This document shows positions 26,781-40,022 of a stretch of DNA of 64,000 nt, piece after piece. The position numbers and the translations under genes were made by a program. The notes beneath the pieces are model-generated. The model ran no database searches, was not told the DNA's origin, and saw only the letters and a program-made list of their open reading frames with translations. The stretch's first letter is position 1; each line of letters begins with the position of its first letter. This DNA comes from Eledone cirrhosa (taxonomy: Eukaryota): contig OZ024755.1 of assembly GCA_964016885.1 (NCBI GenBank), forward strand, positions 23,746,001 through 23,810,000, in the 5' to 3' direction.

Positions 26781-26854
26781 TATTTCATCTGATGAGCGTA
26801 CTAGACGTTTCTGTTAGGATCGTCCAGTTTCCTGAAACCTTTGGTAATAGAATA
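26781..26854 (+). ncRNA. Type I hammerhead ribozyme with extended stem II
   Basis: tatttcat-CTGATGA(26789-95)-actagacg..cgtccagt-GAAA(26834-37)-cc(ttt)gg-TA-atagaata. Confidence 0.65.
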
Positions 26855-27318
26855 ATTATATTGTGTTGTTTATCATGTAAATATATACATATATATACTT
26901 ATGTATATACTTATATACACACTTATATAAATATAGTTGTGGAATGAAGCTTATCAAATTGAATGGACACAGCTTCGGTTATTTCCTCACTCACTCAATA
27001 ATTTAATTTAGTCCGAATTATTAAAATTTGAACTCAACTGATTAGAGTGTATACTTAAATGTTAATCAGAGAGGAAGATGACTTTGTGGGGATAGGAAAT
27101 ATATATATACTTATCTATACAATATATATACACACACATATATATATATACTTATCTCTCTCTCTATATATATATGTGTGTGTGTGAGTGGTTTACTATG
27201 ACATGGGCAGAGTGCAACCACTCTGAGGTCTTGGAATTTTAGCTTCAATTCTTTCATTGAGCCTCATGATTGTTATATATTATATATCAATTTCCTTTGA
27301 TATATATACTTATATATT

Positions 27319-27797
27319 ACCCTATACACTTGTGTAAAAGTCGAACTTTTTAGACCATTTCTTAAGGTTAAATTTATGAGGTCGACTATTACATGGATAC
27401 TACTTTTGAGGTTCTTGAAATTCAAGCTAGAACCCAAATTACCATTTCAGTAGCAGAAGCCCAACTGATCTCTAAATGAATAAACACAAAAGCACAATGA
27501 ATTACAACACTATTACCGATTGTAAGCATCAAAACTATAAATAAGAAAATCCATAACCAAGGCCGCATTGCTCTTATAAATATTTACACTTGCTCATTTA
27601 CTTGTATCCATCAAACTTAATAGCATAGTGTAATCAATATGTATCCTATACAGAATGGTATCTTAATCCACAAATGTTGACCTGTTATTTGTAAAATATT
27701 TGTTTATAAGAGGTCTATGGAAAATTCCAGATTTTTTGGCCAAAATTAGGGGGTTGACTTTTACATTAGATTGATTATTACTCGAGGATATACAGGA
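27319..27797. mobile_element. Tc1/mariner-pogo-like MITE
   Basis: Degenerate TIRs accctatacacttgtgtaaaagtcga / tactcgaggatatacagg. Confidence 0.5.
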
Positions 27798-27817
27798 AAT
27801 ATGTATATATATATATG

Positions 27818-27884
<67 letters not shown>

Positions 27885-27989
27885 ATATATATATATATCG
27901 AGTTGATATCTTTAACTAGATGAAAAAACATATTTAGCCAGATGGTATACGAAATCAACTCTCAGCATATATATATATATATATATATA

Positions 27990-28158
27990 CCATATTTCCC
28001 GGTGCCGAAGACGCTTGGTCCATTGAGGACGCACCCTAATTTTGACAACCAAAAATTTGAAAAAAAAATAATAAACAACATTTGGCCTCCAGGACTCATG
28101 GTAGATTTTGAGACTTATTTTTGGAAAAAAGTAGTGTCTTCGACGCCAGGAAATACGG
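27990..28158. mobile_element. Tc1/mariner-pogo-like MITE with TA TSD
   Basis: TIR ccatatttcccggtgccgaagac / gtcttcgacgccaggaaatacgg; second copy at 55845-56012. Confidence 0.8.
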
Positions 28159-28526
28159 TATGTATATATATATATATATATAAGTGAGCGAGTGCATACC
28201 AACACATATTTATTTGTATTTATATATAATATGTATTAAGAGAAAGAGAGATAATGAAGACAAACAAAATAGAACAGAAACAATAACATACATAAAAAAG
28301 ATATGTCAAGATAACATGAGCTAAAAGCTACACAAGAAATATTTCAGATATATATAGGAAACCCAAGAAAAATAGACAATGGATGTCAGTAGATTTTTTC
28401 ATAGATCATTGTTAAGATTATCAAAATGAAATCATATCAGTAATCATTAGCAAGTTAAGATCACTCAAAAATGTATGTGTGTGTATATATATATATATAT
28501 GTATATATATGTGTGTGTGTGTATAC

Positions 28527-28800
28527 ATCATCATCATCATCATCACCGTTTTACGTCCGTTCTTCCACGCTAGCATGGGTTAGACGGGTTGTCCTGTTGT
28601 GGGCAGTGTCTGGTCGGCTGACCATGCCTTGCTCATACAGGAACTGATCTGGCTTGATTTCTACAGCTGGATGCCCTTCCTAACACCAACCTCATTTACA
28701 GTGAGTGCTGGGTGCTTTTTCGTGGCGCCTACACGTCCACTTTACAGTGTGGGCTGGGTGCTTTTTTGCCGTGGCACCTCCACGACCACCTTGCGGTGGG
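28527..28800 (-). mobile_element. SINE B tail-type segment
   Basis: Near-identical to 21150-21400 and 31144-31345. Confidence 0.8.
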
Positions 28801-28826
28801 GGGGGGGGGCATATTGTTTATATGCT

Positions 28827-29355
28827 TCAGCATGTACCCATGGGAGGTCGGGTACCCTGTATTACTGCGTGACGCCAGAAGTCACGGTCGTGTGTCATTG
28901 ACTTTGAGAGGTGTAGTTGGGTAAGGTCGGCTTTTATCACCTCATCCCAAGTCATCTTGGGTCTCCCCACTCCGCGGTTTCCATCAACTTCTAGTGCTCT
29001 GCACCTTTTTATGCAGCTGTCATCCTTCATACGCATCACATGTCCATACCAGCGTAACCGCCTCTCCTGCACGCAGCATTTGATTCCTCTTATGCTCAGT
29101 CTCTCTCTCAATTCATTTATGCTTTGTCGTTCACGTATATTACTGTTACACATCCATCGGAGCATGCAGGCTTCGTTTCTCTCTAATCTACGTAAGTCTT
29201 CCACCTTCAGCGCCCAGGTCTCACTACCATGCAACATCGCTGTTCGGATACACGCATCATACAGTCTGCCTTTCATTCTGAGGGAGAAGCCTTTTGCAGC
29301 TAGCAGTGGTAGTAGTTCCCTAAACTTCTTCCATCCCGTTCTTACCCTAGTTATT
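28827..29355 (-). mobile_element. RTE LINE ORF C-terminal fragment
   Basis: [20 protein letters not shown]...RRLRWYGHV...GRPKMTW. Confidence 0.9.
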
Positions 29356-29359
29356 GTAC

Positions 29360-29517
<158 letters not shown>

Positions 29518-29595
29518 TTGTCAGTATACATATACATATATATATATATATATATATGTGTGTGAGTATACATATACATATATATATATATATGA

Positions 29596-29633
<38 letters not shown>

Positions 29634-30007
29634 ATGTATACATATATAAATATATGTGTGTATGTATACATATATAAATATATGTGTGTACCGGTATGTG
29701 TATATTTGGTTGTTCGTTTTTGTTAAGTGGCAATTGTCTCCTAATTGTATCATCATTTCATTTTATGTACATGTATATGTCAATCAATTAATACAGGTCT
29801 ATGCAAGTTTAAACACTCAACGTCATGTAGTTTTCAGACTGTGATATAATCACATCAAGCTAGCGTGGAAAACGGACGTTAAACGGAGATGATGAAAGTT
29901 TTTGTATAAAAATGAAAACTAAGGCAGTATTCTGGAATCTTATATTATTTTATTAATTGCATGATCTAAGATTTCAGAATGCCGCCTTCTTTTTCATTTG
30001 TACACAC

Positions 30008-30038
<31 letters not shown>

Positions 30039-30158
30039 CAAATATGAATATACACATATACATATGTATATACATATATACATACACATATATATATATC
30101 ATTATCATCATCACCGTTTTACGTCCGTTCTTCCATGCTAGCATCTACACATATACAT

Positions 30159-30191
<33 letters not shown>

Positions 30192-30572
30192 CAAATATAA
30201 AAATTACACATATACATACATATATATATATATATATACAAATATAAATATATGTATATACATATATATATATAGATATATATACACATATATATATATA
30301 TATATATATAGATATATATACACACATATATATATATATATATAGATATATATACATATATATACACGCATATATATATATATATACATATATATATAAA
30401 TATATATATATACACACACACACACATATATATATGCATATATATATATAAATATATATATATACACACACACATATATATATATATATACACACACACA
30501 TATATATATACACACACACATATATATATATATATACACACACATATATATATATACATATATATATATAGT

Positions 30573-30850
30573 GGAGGTACATGGCCTAGTGGTAAAAGTG
30601 TTGGATTTACGATCATAATGTTGTGGGTTCGATTCCTGGGTTGCGTGTTGTGTTCTTGAGCAAGACACTTCATTTCATGCTGCTCCAGTGCACTCAGCTG
30701 AAAATGAGTACTAGCAATAACTGGGAGTTTAACCCTGCAATGGACTGGAGTCCTGTACAGGGGGGGGGGGGGGTGTCTTGTACTCTCAGTCGCTTCATGC
30801 CATGAAACCAGGATAAGCACCGGCCAAATGAGCCTTCTGGTTTAAAATGG
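30573..30850 (+). mobile_element. tRNA-headed SINE, B-core variant
   Basis: tggcctagtggt...ggttcgattcc boxes; ttgagcaagacactt core. Confidence 0.8.
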
Positions 30851-30962
30851 ACTTTAGACTTTTCTCTAGTTTCAGAAGATCCCGTTAAGGGTGAAAGCAA
30901 CGATTCTTTGCTTAAAATTTAATCTGTTCTTATAGTATACATATATATATATATATATATAG

Positions 30963-31004
<42 letters not shown>

Positions 31005-31026
31005 ATTTATATATATCTCTCTCTAT

Positions 31027-31605
31027 ATCCCGCCGTGGTTGACTTTGCCTTTCATCCTTACGGGGTCGATAAAATAAAGTACCAGTAACGTACTGGGTAA
31101 TTGCTGGCCTTGTGCCTAAAGTAGAAACAATTATTACTATATATCATCATCACCGTTTTACGTCCGTTCTTCCATGCTAGCATGGGTTAGACGGGTTGTC
31201 CTGTTGTGGGCAGTGTCTGGTCGGCTGACCATGCCTTGCTCATACAGGAATTGATTTTGGCTTGATTTCTACAGCTGGATGCCCTTCCTAACACCAACCT
31301 CATTTACAGTGAGTGCTGGGTGCTTTTTCCGTGGCACCTACATGCCTAAATATATATATATATATAGATGTGTGTGTGTGTACATTTATATATATCTCTC
31401 TCTATATTTATTATTATTACTTGGATTGGCAGTATCGGTAGAGAGTCGGATGCCATGCTTTCCAGCATAGTTACGTCCCTTTACGGTCTGAGTTCAAATC
31501 CCGTCGAGGTTAACTTTGCCTTTCATCCTTACGGGGTCGATAAAATAAAGTACCAGTAATGTACTAGGTAATTGCTGGCCTTGTGCCAAAAGTATAAACA
31601 ATTAT

Positions 31606-31606
<1 letters not shown>
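31027..31606. mobile_element. Cluster: partial SINE A, SINE B tail (minus), SINE A
   Basis: Homology to other copies in the window. Confidence 0.8.
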
Positions 31607-31664
<58 letters not shown>

Positions 31665-31982
31665 ATGATATATAGAGATAGATATGAATATTCTCTTTTC
31701 TTTTCACATTTGTCTGGTAAAGAGTTTAAGTTGAGATGTGTGCCGAAACATGTAATTACATTTTGATAGTCATTTGTGACAGATAAAACATAATAATAAT
31801 GAACATAATAATTAAAATATTGTGTACAGTGCTCAGGTGCACTACAGCTCGTCAAAGGTGCATGTACATAGAATAATATACATGTATTCATTCATCTGTT
31901 TAATCTAATTGAAGAGTTAATTATAGTCAAGCCTACTGAATTCTTCACTGATTACAATGTTTGATACCTATCTAGCATTTCT

Positions 31983-32207
31983 TTAACCCTTTAACATTTA
32001 AACTGGCCGTATCCGGCTAGAATTCTCTCACCTCTTTCTGTTCAAACCGGCTGTAACCGGCCACTCATACCAATGTTAAAGTATTTTTCTCAAAAGAAAT
32101 ATCAAAATCTTGTAGATTCGATATTATGTGGGATATTATATGAGGTAAAGCCTTTACCGTGTAAATACAATAGTAAATATAGAGTAATGTAAATACTAAA
32201 GGGTTAA
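31983..32207. mobile_element. piggyBac-like MITE family 1
   Basis: TTAACCCTTTA...TAAAGGGTTAA. Confidence 0.85.
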
Positions 32208-33515
32208 ACAATTCAGACTTGTCTCTTAACACCCACACACATACATATATATAAATATATACACATGATGGCCTTTTTTACAGTTTACCTTTTGGACCTT
32301 ATGGACCACTAATATGAATACATTTGTAAAATAATTGTTTCTACTTTAGGCACAAGGCCAGCAATTACACCACTGCATTACTGGTACTTTATTTTATCGA
32401 CCCCGTAAGGATGAAAGGCAAAGTCAACCTCGCCGGGATTTGAACTCAGATCATTTGTAAAATAATGATCCGAGAACTTCCATTCTATTAATATGAAATG
32501 CACCTATTAAAACATTTTTAAGGGGTGTTATAAAATATATTTCAACGGAATATTATTTTTGTTTTATTATTAATAAAACATAAACATTGCAAATAATGTC
32601 CAAATTTTTCTTGGGTTTATCTTGGGTTTATCGGAGATAATAGCCATTTGAACTTTTTCCATCCCCATTCTTACTCTGGATACTATGCTTTCAGAAAACT
32701 CACCTTCACTAGATAGCAAAAGCTATCAACTACTTCTAGAAAGCCTGCTAAGCATTTAAAGGAATTTATTTCATATATTTTTACTGCTAAATACTCCTGT
32801 ATATCTGCCATGTACAAAGTCTCTCTTCTCTCCCAGTCTGCTTGTGGTCTCACTAACGTCTTGCACATCCACAATTTACACTGGGTACACTATATGGAAT
32901 TCAACATACTCTGTTTCTGCCTATAAAACATGGCTATTTCCCCGATGGAAGTAGAATCCTATTTATTTTCCTATATAAACTTGATCTTTGCTGTTTATTT
33001 TTAGTCTTCTTAATTTTAGATTTTGTTTCCATGTCTGAAATTTTTTCTTTGGGTTTATTTACTGAGATATATTAATGGTGGGCATTTTTGATCAGGACAG
33101 AGATATATATGATGAAAAGCTGAAAAAACTTAAACAGAATATACTTATAAAAAAATTTACTGTTGTGTTTTAATTGTTACCAATGACTACCAACATTTTA
33201 TACATATTTATACACACACATAATACATATATACTATAATAGGAATTACAATAGGAAAGGAGACAAGTCAATACAAAGTAGATTGAAATATGATTCATAG
33301 AGTCTCTCAGCCAGTTAACATCGTTAGAGTTTCACTAAATGTTTATATAATCTCATTGCGAGAGTTATTGGATATGAACCATAGGATAATCAGATGACTC
33401 AATAATACACATGAATAGTAATTTTACTGGCCATTTTGGAAGTCCTTATTACCATACAACCAACTTTTAGTTGTAACTTTATATTTTATTTGTCAGTTTT
33501 ATTGACAATATAAAT

Positions 33516-34939
33516 CAGCATTGACAACCTTTTTCGAGCAGTGGGCCACATAGGATGAGGCTCATCATAAGGTGAACCACACAGGATGTGGCTCTGAAGA
33601 TGGACTGCATAGGATGTGACTCATTATAAGGTGGGCCACATAGGATGTGGCACATCATAAGGTGGGCCACATAGGATATGGCTCATAAGATGGGTCACAT
33701 AGGATGTGGCTCATCATAAAGTGGGCCACACAGGATGTGGCTCATCATAAGGTGGGCCACATAGGATGTGGCACATCACAAGGTGGGCCACATAGGATAT
33801 GGCTCATAAGATGGGTCACATGAGATGTGGCTCATCATAAAGTGGGCCACACAGAATGTGGCTCATCAAAAGGTGGGCTGCATATGATGTGGTTCATCAT
33901 AAGGTGGACCACATAGAATGTGGCTCATAAGATGGGTCACATAGGATGTGGCTCATCATAAGGTGGGCCACATAGGATGTGGCTCATCATAAGGTAGGCC
34001 ACATAGGATGTGGCTCATCATAAGGTAGGCCACATAGGATGTAGCTCATCATAAGATGGGTCACATAGGATGTGGCTCAACATAAGGTGGGCCACATATG
34101 ATGTGACTCATCATAAGGTGGGCCACATAGGATGTGGATCAACATAAGGTGGGCCACATAGGATGTGGCTCATCATAAGGTAGGCCACATAGGATGTAGC
34201 TCATCATAAGATGGGTCACATAGGATGTGGCTCAACATAAGGTAGGCCAAATAGGATGTAGCTCATCATAAGGTGGGCCACATAGGATGTAGCTCATCAT
34301 AAGGTAGGCCACATAGGATGTAGCTCATCATAAGGTAGGCCACATAGGATGTGGCTCATCATAAGGTAGGCCACATAGGATGTAGCTCATCATAAGGTAG
34401 GCCACATAGGATGTGGATCAACATAAGGTGGGCCACATAGGATGTGGCTCATCATAAGGTAGGCCACATAGGATGTAGCTCATCATAAGGTGGGCCACAT
34501 AGGATGTGGATCAACATAAGGTGGGCCACATAGGATGTGGCTCATCATAAGGTAGGCCACATAGGATGTAGCTCATCATAAGGTAGGCCACATAGGATGT
34601 AGCTCATCATAAGGTAGGCCACATAGGATGTGGCTCATCATAAGGTAGGCCACATAGGATGTAGCTCATCATAAGATGGGTCACATAGGATGTGGCTCAA
34701 CATAAGGTGGGCCACATATGATGTGACTCATCATAAAGGTGGGCCACATAGGATGTGACTCATCATAAGGTGGGCCACATAGGATGTGGATCAACATAAG
34801 GTGGGCCACATATGATGTGACTCATCATAAAGGTGGGCCACACTACTAAAGAATTCAAGGGAATTTTGAAATTAAGCATGCCATTCAGAAAGCGAAATGG
34901 ACGACATGTGGCTCACAGGCCACAGTTTGCTCATGTCTG
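33516..34939. mobile_element. hAT (Charlie-like) MITE containing a satellite
   Basis: CAG...CTG degenerate TIRs; 8-bp TSD atataaat/atatagat. Confidence 0.65.
33540..34842. repeat. 31-bp minisatellite, ~42 copies (gtgggccacataggatgtggctcatcataag)
   Basis: Direct tandem array; each unit is a hairpin; some 28-bp variants. Confidence 0.97.
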
Positions 34940-35279
34940 ATATAGATTAATTCTGAAAATGGTCATCTGAGTGAGGCAATGGGAGTAACTTCCTATGTTA
35001 AAAGTGAGTTATAGAACTATAATCCCCCCCCCCCCCCCCCCCAAAAAAAAAAATGACCACTTAAAATATTACACATGCTTATTTCTGGTGAGTGAATGGT
35101 TTTTAATTAATAACTAAATTCTCTCAGAGATATGTAACCATTTCGTGAAACTCCAAGTACTTATTGCTGACCATGGAAACTATGCATCATCATCATCATC
35201 ATCATCATCATTTTACGTCAGCTTTTCCCTGCTTGCAAGGGTGGGACGGAAACTGGTTCTGGCATATATATATATATCT

Positions 35280-35450
35280 CAGATAGGGTGTGGTAAAATA
35301 CCAGGTGGACCATAACCCACCAGAGTACTCGATACTTGGGGTAGTAGAGTGGGTAATATGAAAAGATTCAGGAACCTGAAGAATACTGGCACTTTAGTTC
35401 AGATATAGCTGTCGAAATTGCAAGAGCTCAGCTGTCGAGGTCCTGAATCT

Positions 35451-35457
<7 letters not shown>
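35280..35457 (+). mobile_element. pLTR-like foldback cassette with HHR-like core
   Basis: atatgaaaagattcagga / tcctgaatcttttcatat flank CTGAAGA...GAAA; shares sequence with 7269 and 59842. Confidence 0.55.
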
Positions 35458-35501
<44 letters not shown>

Positions 35502-35900
35502 AGTGAGGGAGATTCTGAGTTGTTTTCAGTAAGCATTTTGAGATTCAAAAGATTAAATTTACTGAAGCATATTTAGAATGTTATGATTGGTCAAAGCATA
35601 TTTAGAATATTATCATTGAACAAAGCATATTTAAATCACTACTGAACAAAGCACATTGAAAACATAGACCCAGTATTTTAGTGAGAATGTAACTTCACTT
35701 GACAAATGATTATTTTTAATATACAACCACAACATATTATGGGTTGGAGAAAGGTAACTTTTTGATTCCTACTTTAGAAGTCAAATTAAGAGAAAATGAC
35801 ACTAACCACAGTGCTTATAAATAGATTTTTTTCACAGATGACTTGGGGCCTGTTGTCCAGTTTATAACATCTGTTGTAATGACATAAACTATATTTATAG

Positions 35901-38197
35901 TTAGTGTACTTAGTGTCACGAATGATCAGAAAAAGGAGGCCTGGAAATGTCATTATGAGAGACTAATGAATGTGGAGAACGAATGGGGGAGAGAGAAATT
36001 ACCCTCAGTAGATCCGACAGAGGGACAAGCTATTGAGATTGACGAATATAGGGTACAAGAGGTGATTAAGGAAATGAAAAATGGTAAGCTGCTGGACCGT
36101 CGGGGATAGTTGCTGAGATGCTGAAGGCATCAGGGGATGTATGCACTAAACTGGTTGCATGCATCATCAATCAGGCTATATATGGTGGTGTCATACCCAA
36201 ATGAAGAGGCGGATTTTCAGGTCTTTACGAAGGTCCGACTTCCACACTGATATCAAGCTGTGGCACGCCGCCCAGGCTTTGCTCTTCCTCTCAACCACAT
36301 CATCTTCCGTATTCCCAATCTTTGCTCCCAAATACAGGAAGTCCTCAACCAATTCTAGCGGCTTCCCACCTACATTAGTGATCCCCTCTGGCAGATATTT
36401 TGTTTTAGTCTCATTCATTTTCAGCCCCACACTCATCGACACAGTCTCAACCTCCTGCATCAAATCCTCTGCCTCCTTCACTGTATTTGTCACCAAAACT
36501 ATGTCGTCAGCAAGTTCACCATCTACATGGACACACTGGAAGTGGAAGACCAAGGTTAATGTATGTTGATGCCCTAAGGACAGACACTGGTCTGTTGGAG
36601 ATGCAGGACATGGCAGCGATAATGAGGGACAGAGACCGCTGGAGAGAACTTGTCCATGGATCTCGGGAATTTTATCCGCCCTAGATAGATAGATAGATAC
36701 CCAAAGACTGTTGCAGCAGTATTCTCATAAATTGCTACAAAGGTAAAGGGGATGCTCTGGAGAGGAGCAATTATAGAGGTATAACACTGATGGATCAGGT
36801 TATGAAAGTGGCAGAAAGGATATTAGCACAACTAATTAGAGAAAGGGTCAAACTAGATGAGATGCAGTTTGGTTTTTGCCTGGGAAAAGTACAACAGATG
36901 CCCTCTTCTTGGTGAGACAATTACAAGAGAAGTTCTTAGAGAAGAATAAGCCACTATACTTAGCTTTTGTTGACCTAGAGAAGGCCTTTGATAGGGTACC
37001 CCGATCTGTCATCTGGTGGTCCCTAAGGAAACTAGGTGTATAGGAATGGCTTGTGAGGACAGTGCAAGCTATGTACAGGGGTGCTGTCAATAAAGTCAGG
37101 GTAGGAATGGAGTTTAGTGAGGAATTCCAGATACAAGTAGGAGTACATCAAAGTTCGGTCCTCAGCCCACTCTTGTTCATTATAGTCCTCCAAGCCATAA
37201 CAGAGGGGCTTAAGACTGGCTGTCCATGGGAACTTCTCTATGCTGACGATCTGGTTCTTATAGCAGAATCAGTAGAGGAGCTAGAGAATAAATTCTGGCT
37301 ATGGAAACAGCAGTTGGAAGCAAGAGGACTGAGAGTGAACCTAGCTAAGACAAAAGTGTTGATGGGTAGAAAAGAGGACAAAACTCTGATTCCATCAGGG
37401 AAATGGCCATGTTCGATATGCAGAAAAGGAGCTGGCATAAATTCTATAAAATGCACACAATGCAGATCCTGGGTACACAAGAGATGTAGTGGGATAGCAG
37501 GCAAACTAACAGATAGGGAGAAATACATATGCAGTAGATGTACAGGGAAATTAGACAGTAAAAGTCACATTGTAGACGCATTTTTCATATGCAGGCGAGT
37601 GCTACAGAAGTGGTGGATAGCTTCCGGTACCTAGGAGATCAGATTAGCATGGGAAGGGAGTGTTCCGAAGCCATAGTATCTAGAATAAGGACGAGTTGGA
37701 AGAAGTTTAGGGAGCTGCTTCCTCTGCTGACGAAGAAGGGTTTCTCCCTGCGTACAAAAGGCTGGTTATATGATGCTGTGTGAGGAGCGCAATGCTGCAT
37801 GGTAGTGAGACTTGGGCAGCAACTGCAGAGGATATGCGATGGCTGGAGAGAAATGAGGCAAGCATGTTCCATTGGATGTGTTGAGAGAGAAAGTGTGTCT
37901 GAGAGGGATAGAATGTAGTGTGCGAGAGAGGAGACTGTCGTGGTATGGACATGTGATGCTCATGGAGGATAACCGATGGGTGAAGAAGTGCCAGGAAATG
38001 CCAGTTGAAGGAAGATGTGGTAGAGGTAGACCACGAAAAACATGGGCGGAGGTGGTGAGAACAGACCTCAGATCGCTGAAGCTCATGGTGGAGATGACAA
38101 AGGACCGTGACAAGTGGAGAGATGAATAAGACCCGTCCCACCCTTGTAAGCAGGGAAAAGTGGACGTAAAATGATATAATGATGATGATGATGATGA
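35901..38197 (+). mobile_element. 5'-truncated RTE LINE (RT with internal PHD-like Cys finger), (GAT)n tail
   Basis: AFVDLEKAFD, VGVHQSSVLSP, LYADDL, CSIC..C..C..WVHKRC..C..C, FRYLG; frameshifted. Confidence 0.95.
36202..36696. mobile_element. Nested 5'-inverted LINE fragment (RTE/RTE-X-like) with (TAGA)n tail
   Basis: TSD atacccaaa at 36193-36201 and 36697-36705; minus-strand ADDIVL..FLYLG; plus-strand GRPR..RDRWR. Confidence 0.85.
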
Positions 38198-38400
38198 TCT
38201 GGGGCTAGCTTTCTAGTTGTAATGACATAAATTATATTTATAGATGACTTGGGGCCAGCTGTCCAGTTGTAATGACACAAATTATATTTATAGATGATCT
38301 GGGACCAGCTGTCCAGTTGTAATGACACAAACTACATTTATAGATGATCTGGGTCCTGCTGTCCAGTTTGTTTATAACATCTGTTGTAATGAGACAAGCT
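38192..38400. repeat. ~50-bp minisatellite; one further unit at 35837-35900
   Basis: gatgatctggg.ccagctgtccagttgtaatgacacaaattatatttata repeated 3-4 times. Confidence 0.85.
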
Positions 38401-39046
38401 ATGTAAAAGATATTAGTTTACATATTTCTGTTTTGCAATTCAATGGTTATTATATTTTTTATTTTTGTGTGAAAAAAATGCTGTATAGGACAAAAAGGTG
38501 AGTAGATTCCTATTTATATGATAAACAGTGTGTTTAGTGTTTAGGTAATGTACATTGTATTATTTGTCTCAAATTGTCCACATGTTATTTAGACCTGATT
38601 AAACAAATCTATTTAACTTTTAACGTTCTGTACAACATCAAATGGTATTTGCAAGATATTCTTTAAAAGTACAAAACAGCACTATGACTGCATCACATTA
38701 AAAAATTAAGTCTTTCGTTTACTGCATGATTTTATAACAATTTATCCACCATGAAAGATATAAACATTTGAATTAACAAAACTGTTTTTAGATATTTCCT
38801 GCTCAATCATTACAGGATATTAAGAGTTAAAGCTTAGAATATCCAGGATTGCATTATCATTTTTACAACACTATGGCTCTCTTTTTAAGATGGTAGGAGT
38901 GATTTGAGGGACATTTGACTGCTAATTCTAGCAAGTCAAATGGCTATTTAAAGACTTCACTGACTTGTCTAAAATAATAGGTATGATTATCTTTTCTGTC
39001 ACTGATAAAGACATTTTGTTCAACTTGTTTCAATAAAATTACTGCT

Positions 39047-39262
39047 TTAACCCTTTACCATTCACATAACTCTATATTTTCTATTGTATTTTCACAGAAA
39101 AGGATTTATCTCAAATAATATCAAATCTACGAGATTTTGATATTATTTCTTTTGAGATCAATACTTTAATGTTAGTATGGACAGCTGGTTATGACTGGTT
39201 TGAACAGAAAGAGGTGAGAGAATTCTGGCTGGATATGGCCAGTTTAAATGCTAAAGGGTTAA
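39047..39262. mobile_element. piggyBac-like MITE family 1
   Basis: TTAACCCTTTA...TAAAGGGTTAA. Confidence 0.85.
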
Positions 39263-39744
39263 AATAAATGTTACTTCATGATACACTGAATGTAGCAAGG
39301 AAAACTATACAATTGTGGTTGATGTTTAGTTTGTATTTCTCTATGTTGATGTTTATGGGGAGAATGTAGGTAGGGAGGGAATTCCGAAGAATCTGTCACT
39401 TCAGGAAGGAATGATTGATGAAGAGTTTTGTGCAGTATCAAAGAACTGCCAAGATTCCACCCAGTTATCTTCTTTGAAAGGAGCTGCTGTTCAAGTAGAA
39501 AGATGTGAGGTGTGTTGCCTAAGCCAGATGATGTTACAGGGATAGAAATAAGGATATTTTAATAAAGGCTGAGTGTAGTAGTGAAGGGGAAATCAAAAGT
39601 GTCTGGAATGTTGGTGTGTTGGTCAGAGAATGAACTGGCACTCACAATCTGAGATAAATGATTTAGCCTCTGTACCTAGAAATAACACCATCCCAACATA
39701 GGAGCATTACTCTATTTTGTGTTTTACTTGAGCTTTGTAGAGAA

Positions 39745-40022
39745 TCAGTACGAGGGTAAAACAGATTACATATCAAACTGTACAGGCAACAACAATCAAT
39801 GGCAGTGATATCAAGCATGTCGAGGATTTCAAGTATCTTGGGTCCTGGATCATGAACTCTGGAAACCTCAAGCAGTCACTAATAACAAGCTCTCCTATCT
39901 CGATATTATCTCCAGAGATTCTGGTATTGAAATCCAAGATTTGGCAATGGCAATGAACAACAGACCCATGTGGAGATCAATTGTTGAGTCGATTTCGGCG
40001 GAGGCCATCGGATGATGATGAT
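39745..40022 (+). mobile_element. Internally deleted RTE-like fragment; its tail also occurs at 49615-49740
   Basis: 'HVEDFKYLGSWI'; tail ...gaggccatcggatgatgatg. Confidence 0.7.

Noticed and set aside
33540-34842. CRISPR-like array of ~31-bp palindromic repeats
   Set aside because: No unique spacers, no cas genes, eukaryotic context
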